From the IMG/VR virus record IMGVR_UViG_3300030116_004830, positions 23,651 through 87,650 of that record: DNA of 64,000 bases. One strand, given 5' to 3'. Made by a program: the position numbers and the translations under genes. Shown piece by piece: positions 19,474-29,499 of this stretch. Source of the DNA: a virus. Each line of letters begins with the position of its first letter. Position 1 is the stretch's first letter. The notes under the pieces are model-generated. The model did no database searches and was not told the DNA's origin. It saw only the letters and a list, made by a program, of their open reading frames with translations.

Positions 19474-21086
19474 CCTTGTAGAACCCAGTGAGTTTTAACT
19501 TCACACTTACTCATTGTTCTCGGCATAACAGTGCCTTCAATTGTAATTGGTCCCTTATCATCAGGAACAGTAAGAGTAGCAGTGCTTAGGAAATAATCTT
19601 GGAAGTTTAGCAAGATTTGTTCTCCGCTATCTTTATCGAATTGTAGAACAATCTCATTTGTTGAACCCAAATCTTCAGCATTATTCAACAATTCTTGGAA
19701 TAACTTATCATCAGTAACTAGAGCAGTAAAGGCAATCTCATATGTCCTTTGAGCAGGAATAGCATTCTTAATCGCTTTACTAGAAACACCAACATATCTT
19801 TTATCTTGTAGATTGTTATTAATCGTTAAAGAGAGATTGGTAATCTTTAGGAAGGTTTGACCAAAGCAACTAAACAATCCACTAGAGAAAAAGAACGGTT
19901 CTAATCCGCCATTTGCTCCTGTTCCTGATGGGTAGTTGAATAGAGATGTGTCTGTCCCTACATTATTTCTAGGAGTGTAAACTTGTGTTGTAGTCAAATC
20001 ATTAATGTAATCAACCGTTCTAGTGTTAAGGTCCATCGTCATTTTAACTTCTTCATTCTCGTTAGCAGTTAGAGTAAAAGTGTTTACTCGATTACCTCTA
20101 GCAATTCTAACAAGGGTTTCTGTTTCTGTAGCGACTCCTTGAGTAGCAGTTACATTTGATGTTTTAGCAATACTGTGTTCTAAAGAGAAAGAAGGCAAAT
20201 CAGTTCCATTAGCCTCTGAGAATTCATAGGTAATAGGGTTTTGAATTACACCTGCCGCAGTAAAAGTAGGAACAGTTAGTTTGTTCAAATTACTATGAGT
20301 ATCTATACTATGAATAACTGGGGGTAATAATTGAGTATCTTCTCTAGACCTGTAAAAAATTGGCCCTTGATTAAGATGAGCAGTTTCAAAAGAACCACCG
20401 TGAGCAGTAGAAGAAGTATCTCCTGTATCAATGTAAACTTGGTCAGTTGTTCCCGACTCTGCTAAGAACAAAGATTGAGGAACAGTAGAACCCGAAGCAG
20501 AAGTGTATTTTGCACCAGTGCATTTACCTAATGCATAATACAACCATGTTCCTTGATTAGCAATTAATCCAATATTACCTCCACTTGCGGTTTCAATTCC
20601 TTTGTATTGATAACTAAAGTTTCTACTACCTCCAAGTGAAAGATTCATCTGTTTCATCTCTATCTCAGTATTTGGGAAAGTAGCAGTTTCTACAAGGCCC
20701 ATCCAGTTATCAGCGTTTAACTTTAAAGAATTTGAACCTATTCTAGAAGCAGGACAAGGTGTTCCATAAGGATGAATATGGAAAAAGTCAGAATCATCAG
20801 AAGCAAAAGTAATAGAGGGAACTGGACTTACTGTAAATGTTGTAGTAGTATTGCTAGTAATAGTATGCATAGTAGATGCATTGCTATCGTCAGCATTAAA
20901 AATTTCTACTGTGCATCCCTTATACAAATCAGGAACTAATTCCATCGTTGTAAAAGGAGCCAACGGAGCAATTATACCCGTTGCTTCTGTTGATGCGCTT
21001 TCATCTATAAATCCACTTAGCGTCAATTCTGGAACAAACGCTATGTTTGCTTGGCTTCCTACAAATATATCTTCATTTACGGTCAT
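19470..21086 (-). CDS. Major tail tube protein (with inserted domains)
   Basis: Tube-like motifs (PSFSLE, RVNTFTLT, NLSLTINNNL, RTYEIAFT); upstream of chaperone and TMP. Confidence 0.75.
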   Translation of the reverse strand: MTVNEDIFVGSQANIAFVPELTLSGFIDESASTEATGIIAPLAPFTTMELVPDLYKGCTVEIFNADDSNASTMHTITSNTTTTFTVSPVPSITFASDDSDFFHIHPYGTPCPASRIGSNSLKLNADNWMGLVETATFPNTEIEMKQMNLSLGGSRNFSYQYKGIETASGGNIGLIANQGTWLYYALGKCTGAKYTSASGSTVPQSLFLAESGTTDQVYIDTGDTSSTAHGGSFETAHLNQGPIFYRSREDTQLLPPVIHSIDTHSNLNKLTVPTFTAAGVIQNPITYEFSEANGTDLPSFSLEHSIAKTSNVTATQGVATETETLVRIARGNRVNTFTLTANENEEVKMTMDLNTRTVDYINDLTTTQVYTPRNNVGTDTSLFNYPSGTGANGGLEPFFFSSGLFSCFGQTFLKITNLSLTINNNLQDKRYVGVSSKAIKNAIPAQRTYEIAFTALVTDDKLFQELLNNAEDLGSTNEIVLQFDKDSGEQILLNFQDYFLSTATLTVPDDKGPITIEGTVMPRTMSKCEVKTHWVLQG

Positions 21087-21110
21087 TTTCTTTCACCTTT
21101 TTTTACTTAC

Positions 21111-21698
21111 TTACACGGCTACTGCGAATTTCTTCATCGTCACATTTACTTTATACCCAAATAATCTCTTTGCTTTATTATTGGATTCTGTTCTTCCTCC
21201 TAATATGATATGATTCATTTTTAATGAGTCGCCGTTAATTGTAACTGTTGCTCCTTTCCTCTTTGCTTCTAAGGTGTGCCTAAGCGACTTATAAAGTGAT
21301 TCCAATCTATCATGTGCAAAGATGTTATCTGCCGCCCTAGTGTCTCCTCCGCTAATAGTCCGTATATGGCAAGTTATATTATATATTTCATTGCGAACAT
21401 CCCAAGAAATAGTAGGATATTCTATATCTTGACCATCTTCAAACACTATAATTAGGTCTGAAGAAGTAGCCCCACCAATTGCAGGACTAGTTTGATTTAA
21501 CAAACTATACTGTCTAGCCTGTCCTCTACTTACTTTACCCGATGTTCCATCAGTAGAACCGCCCGAAGATAAATTACGAATATCAAGAATTGTAGGTTTA
21601 ACTCTATGACTACTGGATATACCTAGTGTATTCTGCATAACAGAAGCCGAAGGCCAATTGTCTCTTAACAATTGAACTAGGTATGTTACTTCATCCAT
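21111..21698 (-). CDS. Probable tail terminator / completion protein
   Basis: Size and position directly upstream of the tail tube. Confidence 0.5.
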   Translation of the reverse strand: MDEVTYLVQLLRDNWPSASVMQNTLGISSSHRVKPTILDIRNLSSGGSTDGTSGKVSRGQARQYSLLNQTSPAIGGATSSDLIIVFEDGQDIEYPTISWDVRNEIYNITCHIRTISGGDTRAADNIFAHDRLESLYKSLRHTLEAKRKGATVTINGDSLKMNHIILGGRTESNNKAKRLFGYKVNVTMKKFAVAV

Positions 21699-21886
21699 TA
21701 TAAGCCACTTTCCTTAACTATCTTTTCTAATCTTGCGATTACTTCTTTTTCTACGGCTTCTGCCATATACTTCTCAATCTCTGCATCTGAATAAGTATAG
21801 TCGCCTAGACCACTTTCTTCAAATAATTTATTCCTTTCTTCATACATTCTCTGTATTTGTTTAACCAATTTCATTACTTCACTCAA
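21698..21886 (-). CDS. Hypothetical neck-region protein
   Basis: Overlaps both neighbours in the operon. Confidence 0.55.
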   Translation of the reverse strand: MSEVMKLVKQIQRMYEERNKLFEESGLGDYTYSDAEIEKYMAEAVEKEVIARLEKIVKESGL

Positions 21887-22997
21887 TCAAGAACACCCCT
21901 TCTTTCTTTCCATCCACCATTGCCATTGCTTCTTTTCTCAGAATATCATATTTTTCCTTTACCGAAATTTGATTATCCGATTCTGTAATAAGAACAGTAG
22001 CATCATCGGAACGAAGAATCTCACATGCTACAAGTTTAGTAGCCGCATCAGTAATCTGAGCAGGGACAGTTCCACTACCTGCAAAGTAAGTTGCCCTTAT
22101 TGAGTTAAGATGAATATATGGAAACTTATCCCTAAAGAAAATTCTACCTTCTCTACCAATTTTCCACCAATCATCCATTCTTCCAGTATCTTGTTTATCA
22201 GTAAATCCACTAACACTTATTCCATGTTCATTTGTGGTAGCCGAATTACCATTCAAATAAATAGAACAACCTGCACCGTCATCACTCGGAAGTAAAGAAG
22301 AAATGAGAACCTTATTTGAGTCCTCAGAATCCAAACAAGCGTAAAAGAAATCAGAAACCTGCTTTGCTCCTGTAGAATCTGTTTGACCCTTTGCCTGAGT
22401 AGCACCTGTTAATGACGCAGTTTTAGATGGATACTTCTCATTGATTAATGAAACAAGTTCCTCTGCGGCAGTTTTGTTGCCATAAGTAGTATCGAATCTC
22501 GAATTGGTAGTTCCTGCAAGTAAATTGAATACTAATCCGCTATTAGGTAATCGAAGATTAATTGTAGTTGTTCCGCTAATCATTGATGTATAATCATTCA
22601 TTGTTACTGACGCTTCTGCACCACAAATGTTAGTCCATTTGTTACCTTCCCAAATATCTAAACGAATCATCTTAGAAATACTGTGTCTATCTAACTGAAC
22701 AAACCCGATATAATCACGGTATCTACCAATTGCATAATGACCTACACCAAAAGTAAAATTATGATATTCCTTTTCGTAAAGTAATCTTCTCCAAGATGTT
22801 TTGGTTTTACTATCAATAAAATCCTCTATTCGTTTAATGAACTCTCCTACCTCTGAATGCATAGGAGTAGTGTTAGCAGAAAATGGAGGAATTTGTAATA
22901 GTTCTGCTACCTTATCGGCAGTAGTATAATATCCTCTACCTAATGAATAATCGGGATTAATAACAGTAGTATCAGAAGGCGATTTATACTGAGACAT
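21879..22997 (-). CDS. Head-tail adaptor protein
   Basis: N-terminal YYTTADKVAELL and C-terminal ATYFAG...VPAQITDAATKLVA resemble gp6/gp15-type adaptors, with a central insertion. Confidence 0.65.
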   Translation of the reverse strand: MSQYKSPSDTTVINPDYSLGRGYYTTADKVAELLQIPPFSANTTPMHSEVGEFIKRIEDFIDSKTKTSWRRLLYEKEYHNFTFGVGHYAIGRYRDYIGFVQLDRHSISKMIRLDIWEGNKWTNICGAEASVTMNDYTSMISGTTTINLRLPNSGLVFNLLAGTTNSRFDTTYGNKTAAEELVSLINEKYPSKTASLTGATQAKGQTDSTGAKQVSDFFYACLDSEDSNKVLISSLLPSDDGAGCSIYLNGNSATTNEHGISVSGFTDKQDTGRMDDWWKIGREGRIFFRDKFPYIHLNSIRATYFAGSGTVPAQITDAATKLVACEILRSDDATVLITESDNQISVKEKYDILRKEAMAMVDGKKEGVFLIE

Positions 22998-23000
22998 TTA

Positions 23001-24299
23001 TCATGCCTCCTTAGCAACTGGTATTTTTGAAATAGCCTCTTCTAATTTTTCTAATCTAGCCTTTAATAGATTTAGATAATATTTACGAGCCATATTGATT
23101 TTATCTGCTGTAAACTCACCTGCTCTACCTGCCGTCATTCCTGCACGACCAAGACCTCTAACCCTTTCAGTTTGACCAGTAGTAGCCGCCATTGTAGTTT
23201 TAGGTTTTAGAATAGCCGTTTTGATTTTTCTCCAAACTGTTTTGATTTCAACTAGGTTATTCAATTCGTCCCCTTCAAATTTAGGAATTTTTTCACCCTC
23301 ATCATCTAATTTAAATTTACCATAATTAGGATTATCTTCGGTATCATAAATGGTTTCAGGTTCTCCTTTTTCATTTGTAATAGTGGTTGGTTTTCTGATA
23401 GTTCTTCTATCATCTATCTCATACAATTTTTTTTCCGATATTGGTTTAAGAAGAATAGTAAGAGTCATAGTAAAATCATATAGAATATCCTTATCCAATA
23501 TATCTCTAGGAGTGTTCTTAATTATGATTCTCTCTAAATCCTTCTTGTTTTCAAATATAGAATCAATCAATATGTTTCCAAAATTTTCACCTTCATCTTT
23601 TAATGCTAAAGTCCCCTTTAATCCATCGGAAATTTCTACTATAGAAGAATCGGAATCAGGAGATGTTCTAGGCTTTTTTGGTTTATGCAAAGCAACTTCT
23701 ATTCCTAATTTTTCATACCATTTTATTTTACCGTGTTCTTCTTCAGGAGTATCAGAGCGCATATTAAATTTCAGAACTATTTTATTTTCAGGACTGTTTT
23801 CATCATAAGTAAGGAACTCTTTTAATTTTGCTTTAGTTTCAGTGCCGAAAACAGCATCTTGAAGCCTCTTTTCAAAATCTTTTAGAGTATATTCCTGTTC
23901 TAAAGCATCTTTTTCTTTAAATGGAGTAATCAATTGTTCTGTCTTAGGAATGTTTCTTACATCCTTTAATTTATAATCTTCAGGAAATTCGTCTAAATTC
24001 ATATGTTCTTTTAATTTGCCCAAAGGAATATCTGTTACCAATTCCTTTAATGAAGCATTCATTAATTTATCAAGAGTTTTCTTACTAGTTTTTTTCAAAT
24101 ACTCTTCTGTCTCTTTAGTATATGATTGTCCTCTTTCCTCTAGCAGTTCGTCCTGCTCATCTAAGATTTCATCTTCTAATTCATCAATTTGATTCTTCCT
24201 ATCTTGTTGATAAGGTATGAGAATATAATCTCTAAAGGACTGATAGAATCTACTATCGCTGACCTCTTGAAGAGTGCCGTCATACCATATTAGTTTCAT
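23001..24299 (-). CDS. Hypothetical highly charged protein (432 aa)
   Basis: Long in-operon ORF; no recognised motif. Confidence 0.6.
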   Translation of the reverse strand: MKLIWYDGTLQEVSDSRFYQSFRDYILIPYQQDRKNQIDELEDEILDEQDELLEERGQSYTKETEEYLKKTSKKTLDKLMNASLKELVTDIPLGKLKEHMNLDEFPEDYKLKDVRNIPKTEQLITPFKEKDALEQEYTLKDFEKRLQDAVFGTETKAKLKEFLTYDENSPENKIVLKFNMRSDTPEEEHGKIKWYEKLGIEVALHKPKKPRTSPDSDSSIVEISDGLKGTLALKDEGENFGNILIDSIFENKKDLERIIIKNTPRDILDKDILYDFTMTLTILLKPISEKKLYEIDDRRTIRKPTTITNEKGEPETIYDTEDNPNYGKFKLDDEGEKIPKFEGDELNNLVEIKTVWRKIKTAILKPKTTMAATTGQTERVRGLGRAGMTAGRAGEFTADKINMARKYYLNLLKARLEKLEEAISKIPVAKEA

Positions 24300-24304
24300 T
24301 TAAA

Positions 24305-25018
24305 TCACGCAAGCCACTTAGCCCAAGCCGCACCCTTTTGAATCATCTTACCTAATCCTAATCCACTATTAGGAGGAGAGTAGGTCGCTTGACCAGTAGC
24401 AGGGTCTATCCAGTATGGATTATTGTAATTATCATAACCGCTAGGAGGAACAGGATAACCACTTTGATTGGTCATTGCACCTTGTCCCATAGCCATGTTT
24501 TGATTCATGTTCCCCATCATTGGTTGACCTTGAATATTAGCAGGAGTATTGTTTTGCATTTGTGGTTGTCCTCCCATTGCTGGTTGTCCTCCCATTACTG
24601 GTTGCCCTCCTCCATCTCCAAAACCTTGAGCCTCTAAATACTGATTCTTTGCCATTTGTCTTTGATATACAACCTCTTGATTAATTGAAGATTGTAAAAT
24701 CTGTTGAATATCTAATTGAATATTTTCTTCTGTAATTCTTTCATACTCAGCAAGACATGCCTTTTCTAGAGTAATATCTCCTTGAGTGGCTTCTAATTTA
24801 AAATGCAATTTAGTTAGCATCCTACTCATTACTCTTTCAATAACATCTTCCAATAGTTTCTCATAAGAGGTAAAGAAGGCTTCACCATGATAAAGTAAAA
24901 ACTCTTCAACATGGTTATCTTGTAGAGTCAAAAGGTTATTCATAGCCTTGAAACTCTTATCGTTGTTTTGGCTCATTTGGCTCGCTAAAGCACTGTTGCT
25001 TGTTCCTAGTAATCCCAT
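24305..25018 (-). CDS. Hypothetical protein: helical N-terminus, Q/G/M/P-rich disordered tail, amphipathic C-terminus
   Basis: GGQP-x-M repeats; ends GLGLGKMIQKGAAWAKWLA. Confidence 0.6.
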   Translation of the reverse strand: MGLLGTSNSALASQMSQNNDKSFKAMNNLLTLQDNHVEEFLLYHGEAFFTSYEKLLEDVIERVMSRMLTKLHFKLEATQGDITLEKACLAEYERITEENIQLDIQQILQSSINQEVVYQRQMAKNQYLEAQGFGDGGGQPVMGGQPAMGGQPQMQNNTPANIQGQPMMGNMNQNMAMGQGAMTNQSGYPVPPSGYDNYNNPYWIDPATGQATYSPPNSGLGLGKMIQKGAAWAKWLA

Positions 25019-25641
25019 TATTCATCACCTATTAATTCATCAATCTGTCCCATCTTACCCTTTAGTTCCATTAGTAGTATCATTAGTTTTTCTTCAGCAG
25101 TAGTCGTATCCGCCTTCGGGGGTTGTATTTCCCATCCCTTAGAGGTTAATGAAATTATATCCTTCTCCGTTAAAGCAGTAAGCGGCCCCCTACTTATTAC
25201 ATTCGGCATTCTTGCTTTGGGAATATACTTTTTGAACTCTAATCCATGTTTTTCAGCAATCAATTGTTGCTCTAACATTTCCATCTGTTTGAACATAGAA
25301 GAATGTTTAGGACAATAAGTTCCTCTTAATGGTCTACCCTTATGAACATGAGATAATGGAATAGGAGGTCTAAGTGTATCTCCTGCGTCCCACACATGAT
25401 GAACTCCACAAACTACACATCTATCTTTAATGTTAAATTTATAACCGTATTTTACCAACAATAGGCTTTTCTTTTCAGGCATTAATACCTTGGTTATCTC
25501 TTTCATTTGTTTCTTAGTATCAAGAGATTTATATTCAAAATTAATAATGGGTCCTGCGGCCCTAGCAGAGTTCTTCATTCTTAATGGGTTAATCATTGTA
25601 TTATCATTACCGATTATATTCGGTGTATATATTGCCGTCAT
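25018..25641 (-). CDS. Putative zinc-binding protein
   Basis: CVVC ... YCPKH motif pair. Confidence 0.55.
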   Translation of the reverse strand: MTAIYTPNIIGNDNTMINPLRMKNSARAAGPIINFEYKSLDTKKQMKEITKVLMPEKKSLLLVKYGYKFNIKDRCVVCGVHHVWDAGDTLRPPIPLSHVHKGRPLRGTYCPKHSSMFKQMEMLEQQLIAEKHGLEFKKYIPKARMPNVISRGPLTALTEKDIISLTSKGWEIQPPKADTTTAEEKLMILLMELKGKMGQIDELIGDE

Positions 25642-25645
25642 TTTA

Positions 25646-26323
25646 TCAATACTCCTTTATCATAGACATTATTCCTCGGTAAACCATTTCGGGGTCTGAC
25701 TTGGCAGATACGATGTATTTGAAACATGGTATTCCCTTATCTTGTAACCGTTGCATACCGAGCCTGAACGGTTCAAAAATTGGATGTTTCTCGATAGGTC
25801 CGTTGTGTTCATATTTATCCTTCCATAAATCATACTTGTTAGCCCATATGCCTACTGCGATTGGAAAGTCCTTGTCCTTCTTTCTTTTAGTTTTACCCTT
25901 TCCTAATCTCCAAAAATCATCACAAATCGTATCTACTAAAAATTGCCAAGAGAGTTGATGTTCTAAATTATAGGCTTCTGATAAATGGCGGTCATCAATC
26001 ATGAATATAAGATATTTTACCTTCCTTTTCATCATATCGTTTTTCCACGCATCCCAGTAATATGATTGACCTCCTACATCAGCAGTTTTGATTGTCCTAC
26101 TATCTTTATCTATTTTTACTGTTTTTCTAGAGGCACGATGTAAACCTTCTGTTCTATTCTGAATAACTGGAACTTCTCCTCTAGTTCTTAACTGTCGATG
26201 AAGGGTTGTTTTACCCGCCTTACTAGCACCATACACTCCAAAATTTATAGCATGAATTCTTTGGTAAAGGCTCATAGCCGCTTCTGCCGCTAAAATTGAA
26301 AAGCCTGTTAAAAGCGTAGCCAT
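25646..26323 (-). CDS. Arf/Sar-like small GTPase
   Basis: All G boxes present: G1 GASKAGKTT, G2 RT, G3 DVGGQ(x6)W, G4 NKYD, G5 SAK. N-terminal hydrophobic/amphipathic helix. Confidence 0.85.
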   Translation of the reverse strand: MATLLTGFSILAAEAAMSLYQRIHAINFGVYGASKAGKTTLHRQLRTRGEVPVIQNRTEGLHRASRKTVKIDKDSRTIKTADVGGQSYYWDAWKNDMMKRKVKYLIFMIDDRHLSEAYNLEHQLSWQFLVDTICDDFWRLGKGKTKRKKDKDFPIAVGIWANKYDLWKDKYEHNGPIEKHPIFEPFRLGMQRLQDKGIPCFKYIVSAKSDPEMVYRGIMSMIKEY

Positions 26324-26326
26324 ACA

Positions 26327-26545
26327 TTAGTCCCACCCAATTAACTCCTTAAAACCATCAATTGCCAACCCAAGTAAATCAATACCGAATGAACCCATGA
26401 TGTTACCGACCAAAAAGAAAAACACCGTAGAGCCAACGCCCCATAACCAGTATCTTACTTTTAGAAAGAAAATATCGGCAGAATGCGCTCTAGATAAATC
26501 GTATGCTAACGACTGTTCATCTACTCCTAAGAGCCTATCTAACAT
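26327..26545 (-). CDS. Small membrane protein
   Basis: Hydrophobic segment YWLWGVGSTVFFFLVGNIMGSFGI. Confidence 0.65.
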   Translation of the reverse strand: MLDRLLGVDEQSLAYDLSRAHSADIFFLKVRYWLWGVGSTVFFFLVGNIMGSFGIDLLGLAIDGFKELIGWD

Positions 26546-26557
26546 TGGACATCACCT

Positions 26558-26938
26558 TCATTCTAGTGCTTGAAGGAATGTTTCAGATACCTCATCATAG
26601 GGGGATTGTGGGCCACTGTAGTAGGTTAGATTTTTACCTTTCATGGATTCTCTAATCTTCTGCTTTTGTTGCTCATCTCTTTGTTTCTTTTCCCAATACA
26701 TATCTATCTTTCGATTCAATAACCACATTTCAAATCTATCATTCACTGCTAAATCAAACAGTGCTTTCTGTAGCATTATTACGCCTACAGTAATCAGTCC
26801 AAACAATATTGCATGTGTAACCGCAGTAAACGGTAATTGGCCACCATATGCAGAATAGAAATAAACATTCATTCCGCACATTGCGCCTACATACATTATC
26901 GTCATTATTAGCCTAGTATCTTTATTGATAGCCGCCAT
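26558..26938 (-). CDS. Two-TM membrane protein with charged C-terminal tail
   Basis: Two hydrophobic helices then a K/Q/R-rich coil. Start placed at MAAINK. Confidence 0.65.
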   Translation of the reverse strand: MAAINKDTRLIMTIMYVGAMCGMNVYFYSAYGGQLPFTAVTHAILFGLITVGVIMLQKALFDLAVNDRFEMWLLNRKIDMYWEKKQRDEQQKQKIRESMKGKNLTYYSGPQSPYDEVSETFLQALE

Positions 26939-26948
26939 TATATCCCTC

Positions 26949-27275
26949 TCAATTAAATTCAACGGTGAATACTTGACTGGTTCCTGCCGCAACAGTAACA
27001 TCTGCATATAGTCCGTTTCTGAAAACTACACCATGCATATCTGCTTCCGCAGAACCATTAATCAAACTGTTAGGGTCCATTCCTACAATCAATTGGCCAA
27101 TAAGGTTACTATTTGCTTTCGCCCCTGATGAAGCCACATCATACAGTTTGATGTAAGCAACGTCACCTGCACCAGTTACCATTCCGTGAACGCTAATCAA
27201 TTTGCCCTGTCCAATCGTTATTTGAGTATCAGCAGTAATAGCATTACTACTCCTACATCCACCTATTCCAGTCAT
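26949..27275 (-). CDS. Small beta-rich virion protein (possible head decoration)
   Basis: G/A/V-rich; IKLYD and GVVFRNGLY motifs; downstream of the MCP cluster. Confidence 0.45.
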   Translation of the reverse strand: MTGIGGCRSSNAITADTQITIGQGKLISVHGMVTGAGDVAYIKLYDVASSGAKANSNLIGQLIVGMDPNSLINGSAEADMHGVVFRNGLYADVTVAAGTSQVFTVEFN

Positions 27276-27313
27276 CCGCATTACCTCGTTAAGAGATGCT
27301 AAATACTTTCAGC

Positions 27314-27323
27314 GTATAAGGTT
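27314..27323 (-). promoter_or_regulatory. Putative promoter AACCTTATAC
   Basis: Matches the ACC-TTA(T/A) motif seen upstream of the protease gene and in the cassettes. Confidence 0.4.
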
Positions 27324-27717
27324 ACTCATCAGCAGAAGTTTCTTCTGAGGTTTCCTCAACAGGGGTTTCAGTAGCAGATTTTGAAGAAGTCAAAGTAGAT
27401 TTGACTGTCTCTACTGCTTTCTTTGGAACCTCTGCCGCTTTCTTTGTTACGGACTTCTTAGGCATCAATGCTGTCTTTACTGCTTTAGGCTCAACACTAA
27501 GTTTTTCTCCCATTTCAGTAAGCAATTCTTCAGGTAGGTCTTTGAAATCTGCATCAGTGAATTCCACTAGAAAATCAGGGTTCTTCATATACATAACTGC
27601 AATTTGAGAATTAACTTCTTGAGTAACCCCTGCTACGAATCTAATGTTCTGAAAAACAAAAGAAGATACACCATCTCCTTGTTGTTCATCTCTAGGTAAT
27701 AGAGTTAGTTTAGCCAA
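27322..27717 (-). CDS. Hypothetical protein with K/T/E-rich disordered tail
   Basis: In-operon ORF with GGGTGA RBS. Confidence 0.55.
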   Translation of the reverse strand: MAKLTLLPRDEQQGDGVSSFVFQNIRFVAGVTQEVNSQIAVMYMKNPDFLVEFTDADFKDLPEELLTEMGEKLSVEPKAVKTALMPKKSVTKKAAEVPKKAVETVKSTLTSSKSATETPVEETSEETSADE

Positions 27718-27727
27718 GGTATCACCC

Positions 27728-28102
27728 TCAAATTAAACCGTAAACTCTTAGCCTAAACTGCATCCCACTGTGGGTATTACCATCAGTTTGTTCTGCTGGT
27801 GTGGCTTGTAGAGCGTCTACTATCAACATAGTGAATTGAGTAGCACTAGTATATCCACCACCAGTTGTAGTAGTTCCATCTATTACAAAGGTCGGATAGA
27901 ACTTCACATTCGCAGTTCCAGTATGAGTAACTGCGCTAACGGTAGATAGTCCAAAGTCAGACGCACTGAATACAACACCTGCTGAATCATAAGTAGAAAC
28001 ATCTACGAAAGCATCAACAAAGTATTCATCGCCCGAAACTCTAGGAGCAGTTGCTCCTTTATGGTCAGCCAAGATATGAACTTCAAATACTTCTTCGGTC
28101 AC
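27728..28102 (-). CDS. Probable capsid decoration / cement protein
   Basis: Directly downstream of the MCP; small and beta-rich; GAGGTGA RBS. Confidence 0.5.
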   Translation of the reverse strand: MTEEVFEVHILADHKGATAPRVSGDEYFVDAFVDVSTYDSAGVVFSASDFGLSTVSAVTHTGTANVKFYPTFVIDGTTTTGGGYTSATQFTMLIVDALQATPAEQTDGNTHSGMQFRLRVYGLI

Positions 28103-28113
28103 TTAAAATCACC

Positions 28114-29466
28114 TCACTTCAAGTTGGTGATTTTTCCTTGTCCCTTAAAGAAGGTGCAACCAGTTTCACCCATTGTTCTGTAAAGACCTCTGTTACCTAG
28201 GACTCCAACACCGAATGGGTTTCCATGAGAAATACCGTCCTCAAAGTATTGGGTAGGCTTCATTGTAGCAAACCATAGATGGTCAGTGTCTAGCAATAGC
28301 ATGTCGGATAGACCGCTTGTTGCCGCACCTGTCTTTGGCATGTCCTTACAAGGAATTAGAGGAATATCGTAGTATGTTGCAACTCTGAATCCAACTTCTG
28401 CACCCTTTACGCCCTTTACACCGTTATGGGTTGGAATAACTTCCTTAGCGTCCATGAATCTTTCTTGGCTCTGTAGCAAGTCAGACAATGCTTGAATGGT
28501 ATCGTATCCAGTTAGGATAACCTTTGGAGTTCCACCATTCAATCTTAGGTTCTGAATAACATCGTTAATGATGCTTAGAGTTAGAACACGACCCGCAGTA
28601 GCGTAAGATGCACCGTAGTTAACAACCGAATCCATGAAAGATGCGCCTGTTGCTCTTGAGGTGTTACCGTAAAGAGTTGTTACATCAGCGTCTAGGTCAG
28701 CAATAGCAGATGAAACGCTTGAAAGCCTATCAAGTTCACCACCGCTATCGGACAACTCATCGTTACTGCTAACAATCTTCAATAGAGAAGTATAGTTTTC
28801 ACGAATTCTTCCGCTTGAAGTATCTGCTCCAAGTGTATCGTAGTTCTCAAGAGGCATTACTAGCATAACCGACTGAGATTCTGCGTGGAATTTACCCATA
28901 TCCTCACGAATGAGTTTACGAATATCTCCAACACCATCATCAATCTTAGCCATTTCAGCCGCAAGTTCGGAGTAATCGAACATATGAGCGACAATCTTTG
29001 GGTTCATGTATAGAGTGGTGTATTCAGGAGCAAGGGCTTCCAACTGTGTGCTATCCAATGCTTCGTTTTCACCGACACCACCGAGCAAATCTCCATCAGG
29101 AGTTTCTGAACCTTGAACACCACTTCCAGTAGTTGCACCTACAGCGAATGCCGCCGCACTTCCACCTTGAGGTCTGTTAATCATAACTCTCCAGCCGCTT
29201 GAAGTGTATGGCCTCTTAGGTAGAATAGATAGTGGGTTGATTTCTTGGTTAATCATTGACCAAACTTTCTGACCGTAAACCATGTTGTAAAGTGCAGTTA
29301 GGTTTGTTGCCGCAGTTCCGTTAAGAGTTAGTGCAGTGTCGGACGAACCAGTGAATCCACTGTTGATTCCGCCAACAATACCTGCCGCCTTCAAAAGGTT
29401 GTTTCCACCTACGTTACCATAGGTTGCTCTTTCCAAATCTTGAATTGTGTTAATGTATTTCGTCAT
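28114..29466 (-). CDS. Major capsid protein (HK97 fold)
   Basis: About 450 aa directly after the protease/scaffold, with HK97-like elements (LSILPKRPY, PKIVAHMFDYSELA, YYDIPLIP, QGKITNL). N-terminal leader ends in LLK|A. Confidence 0.85.
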   Translation of the reverse strand: MTKYINTIQDLERATYGNVGGNNLLKAAGIVGGINSGFTGSSDTALTLNGTAATNLTALYNMVYGQKVWSMINQEINPLSILPKRPYTSSGWRVMINRPQGGSAAAFAVGATTGSGVQGSETPDGDLLGGVGENEALDSTQLEALAPEYTTLYMNPKIVAHMFDYSELAAEMAKIDDGVGDIRKLIREDMGKFHAESQSVMLVMPLENYDTLGADTSSGRIRENYTSLLKIVSSNDELSDSGGELDRLSSVSSAIADLDADVTTLYGNTSRATGASFMDSVVNYGASYATAGRVLTLSIINDVIQNLRLNGGTPKVILTGYDTIQALSDLLQSQERFMDAKEVIPTHNGVKGVKGAEVGFRVATYYDIPLIPCKDMPKTGAATSGLSDMLLLDTDHLWFATMKPTQYFEDGISHGNPFGVGVLGNRGLYRTMGETGCTFFKGQGKITNLK

Positions 29467-29499
29467 TTTTTTCATCTCCTTATTGTTTCTCTAATGGGA

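Noticed and set aside
26327-26938. Calling the two membrane proteins holins
   Set aside because: Only hydrophobicity supports it; no endolysin or holin family motif was recognised, so they are left as membrane proteins.
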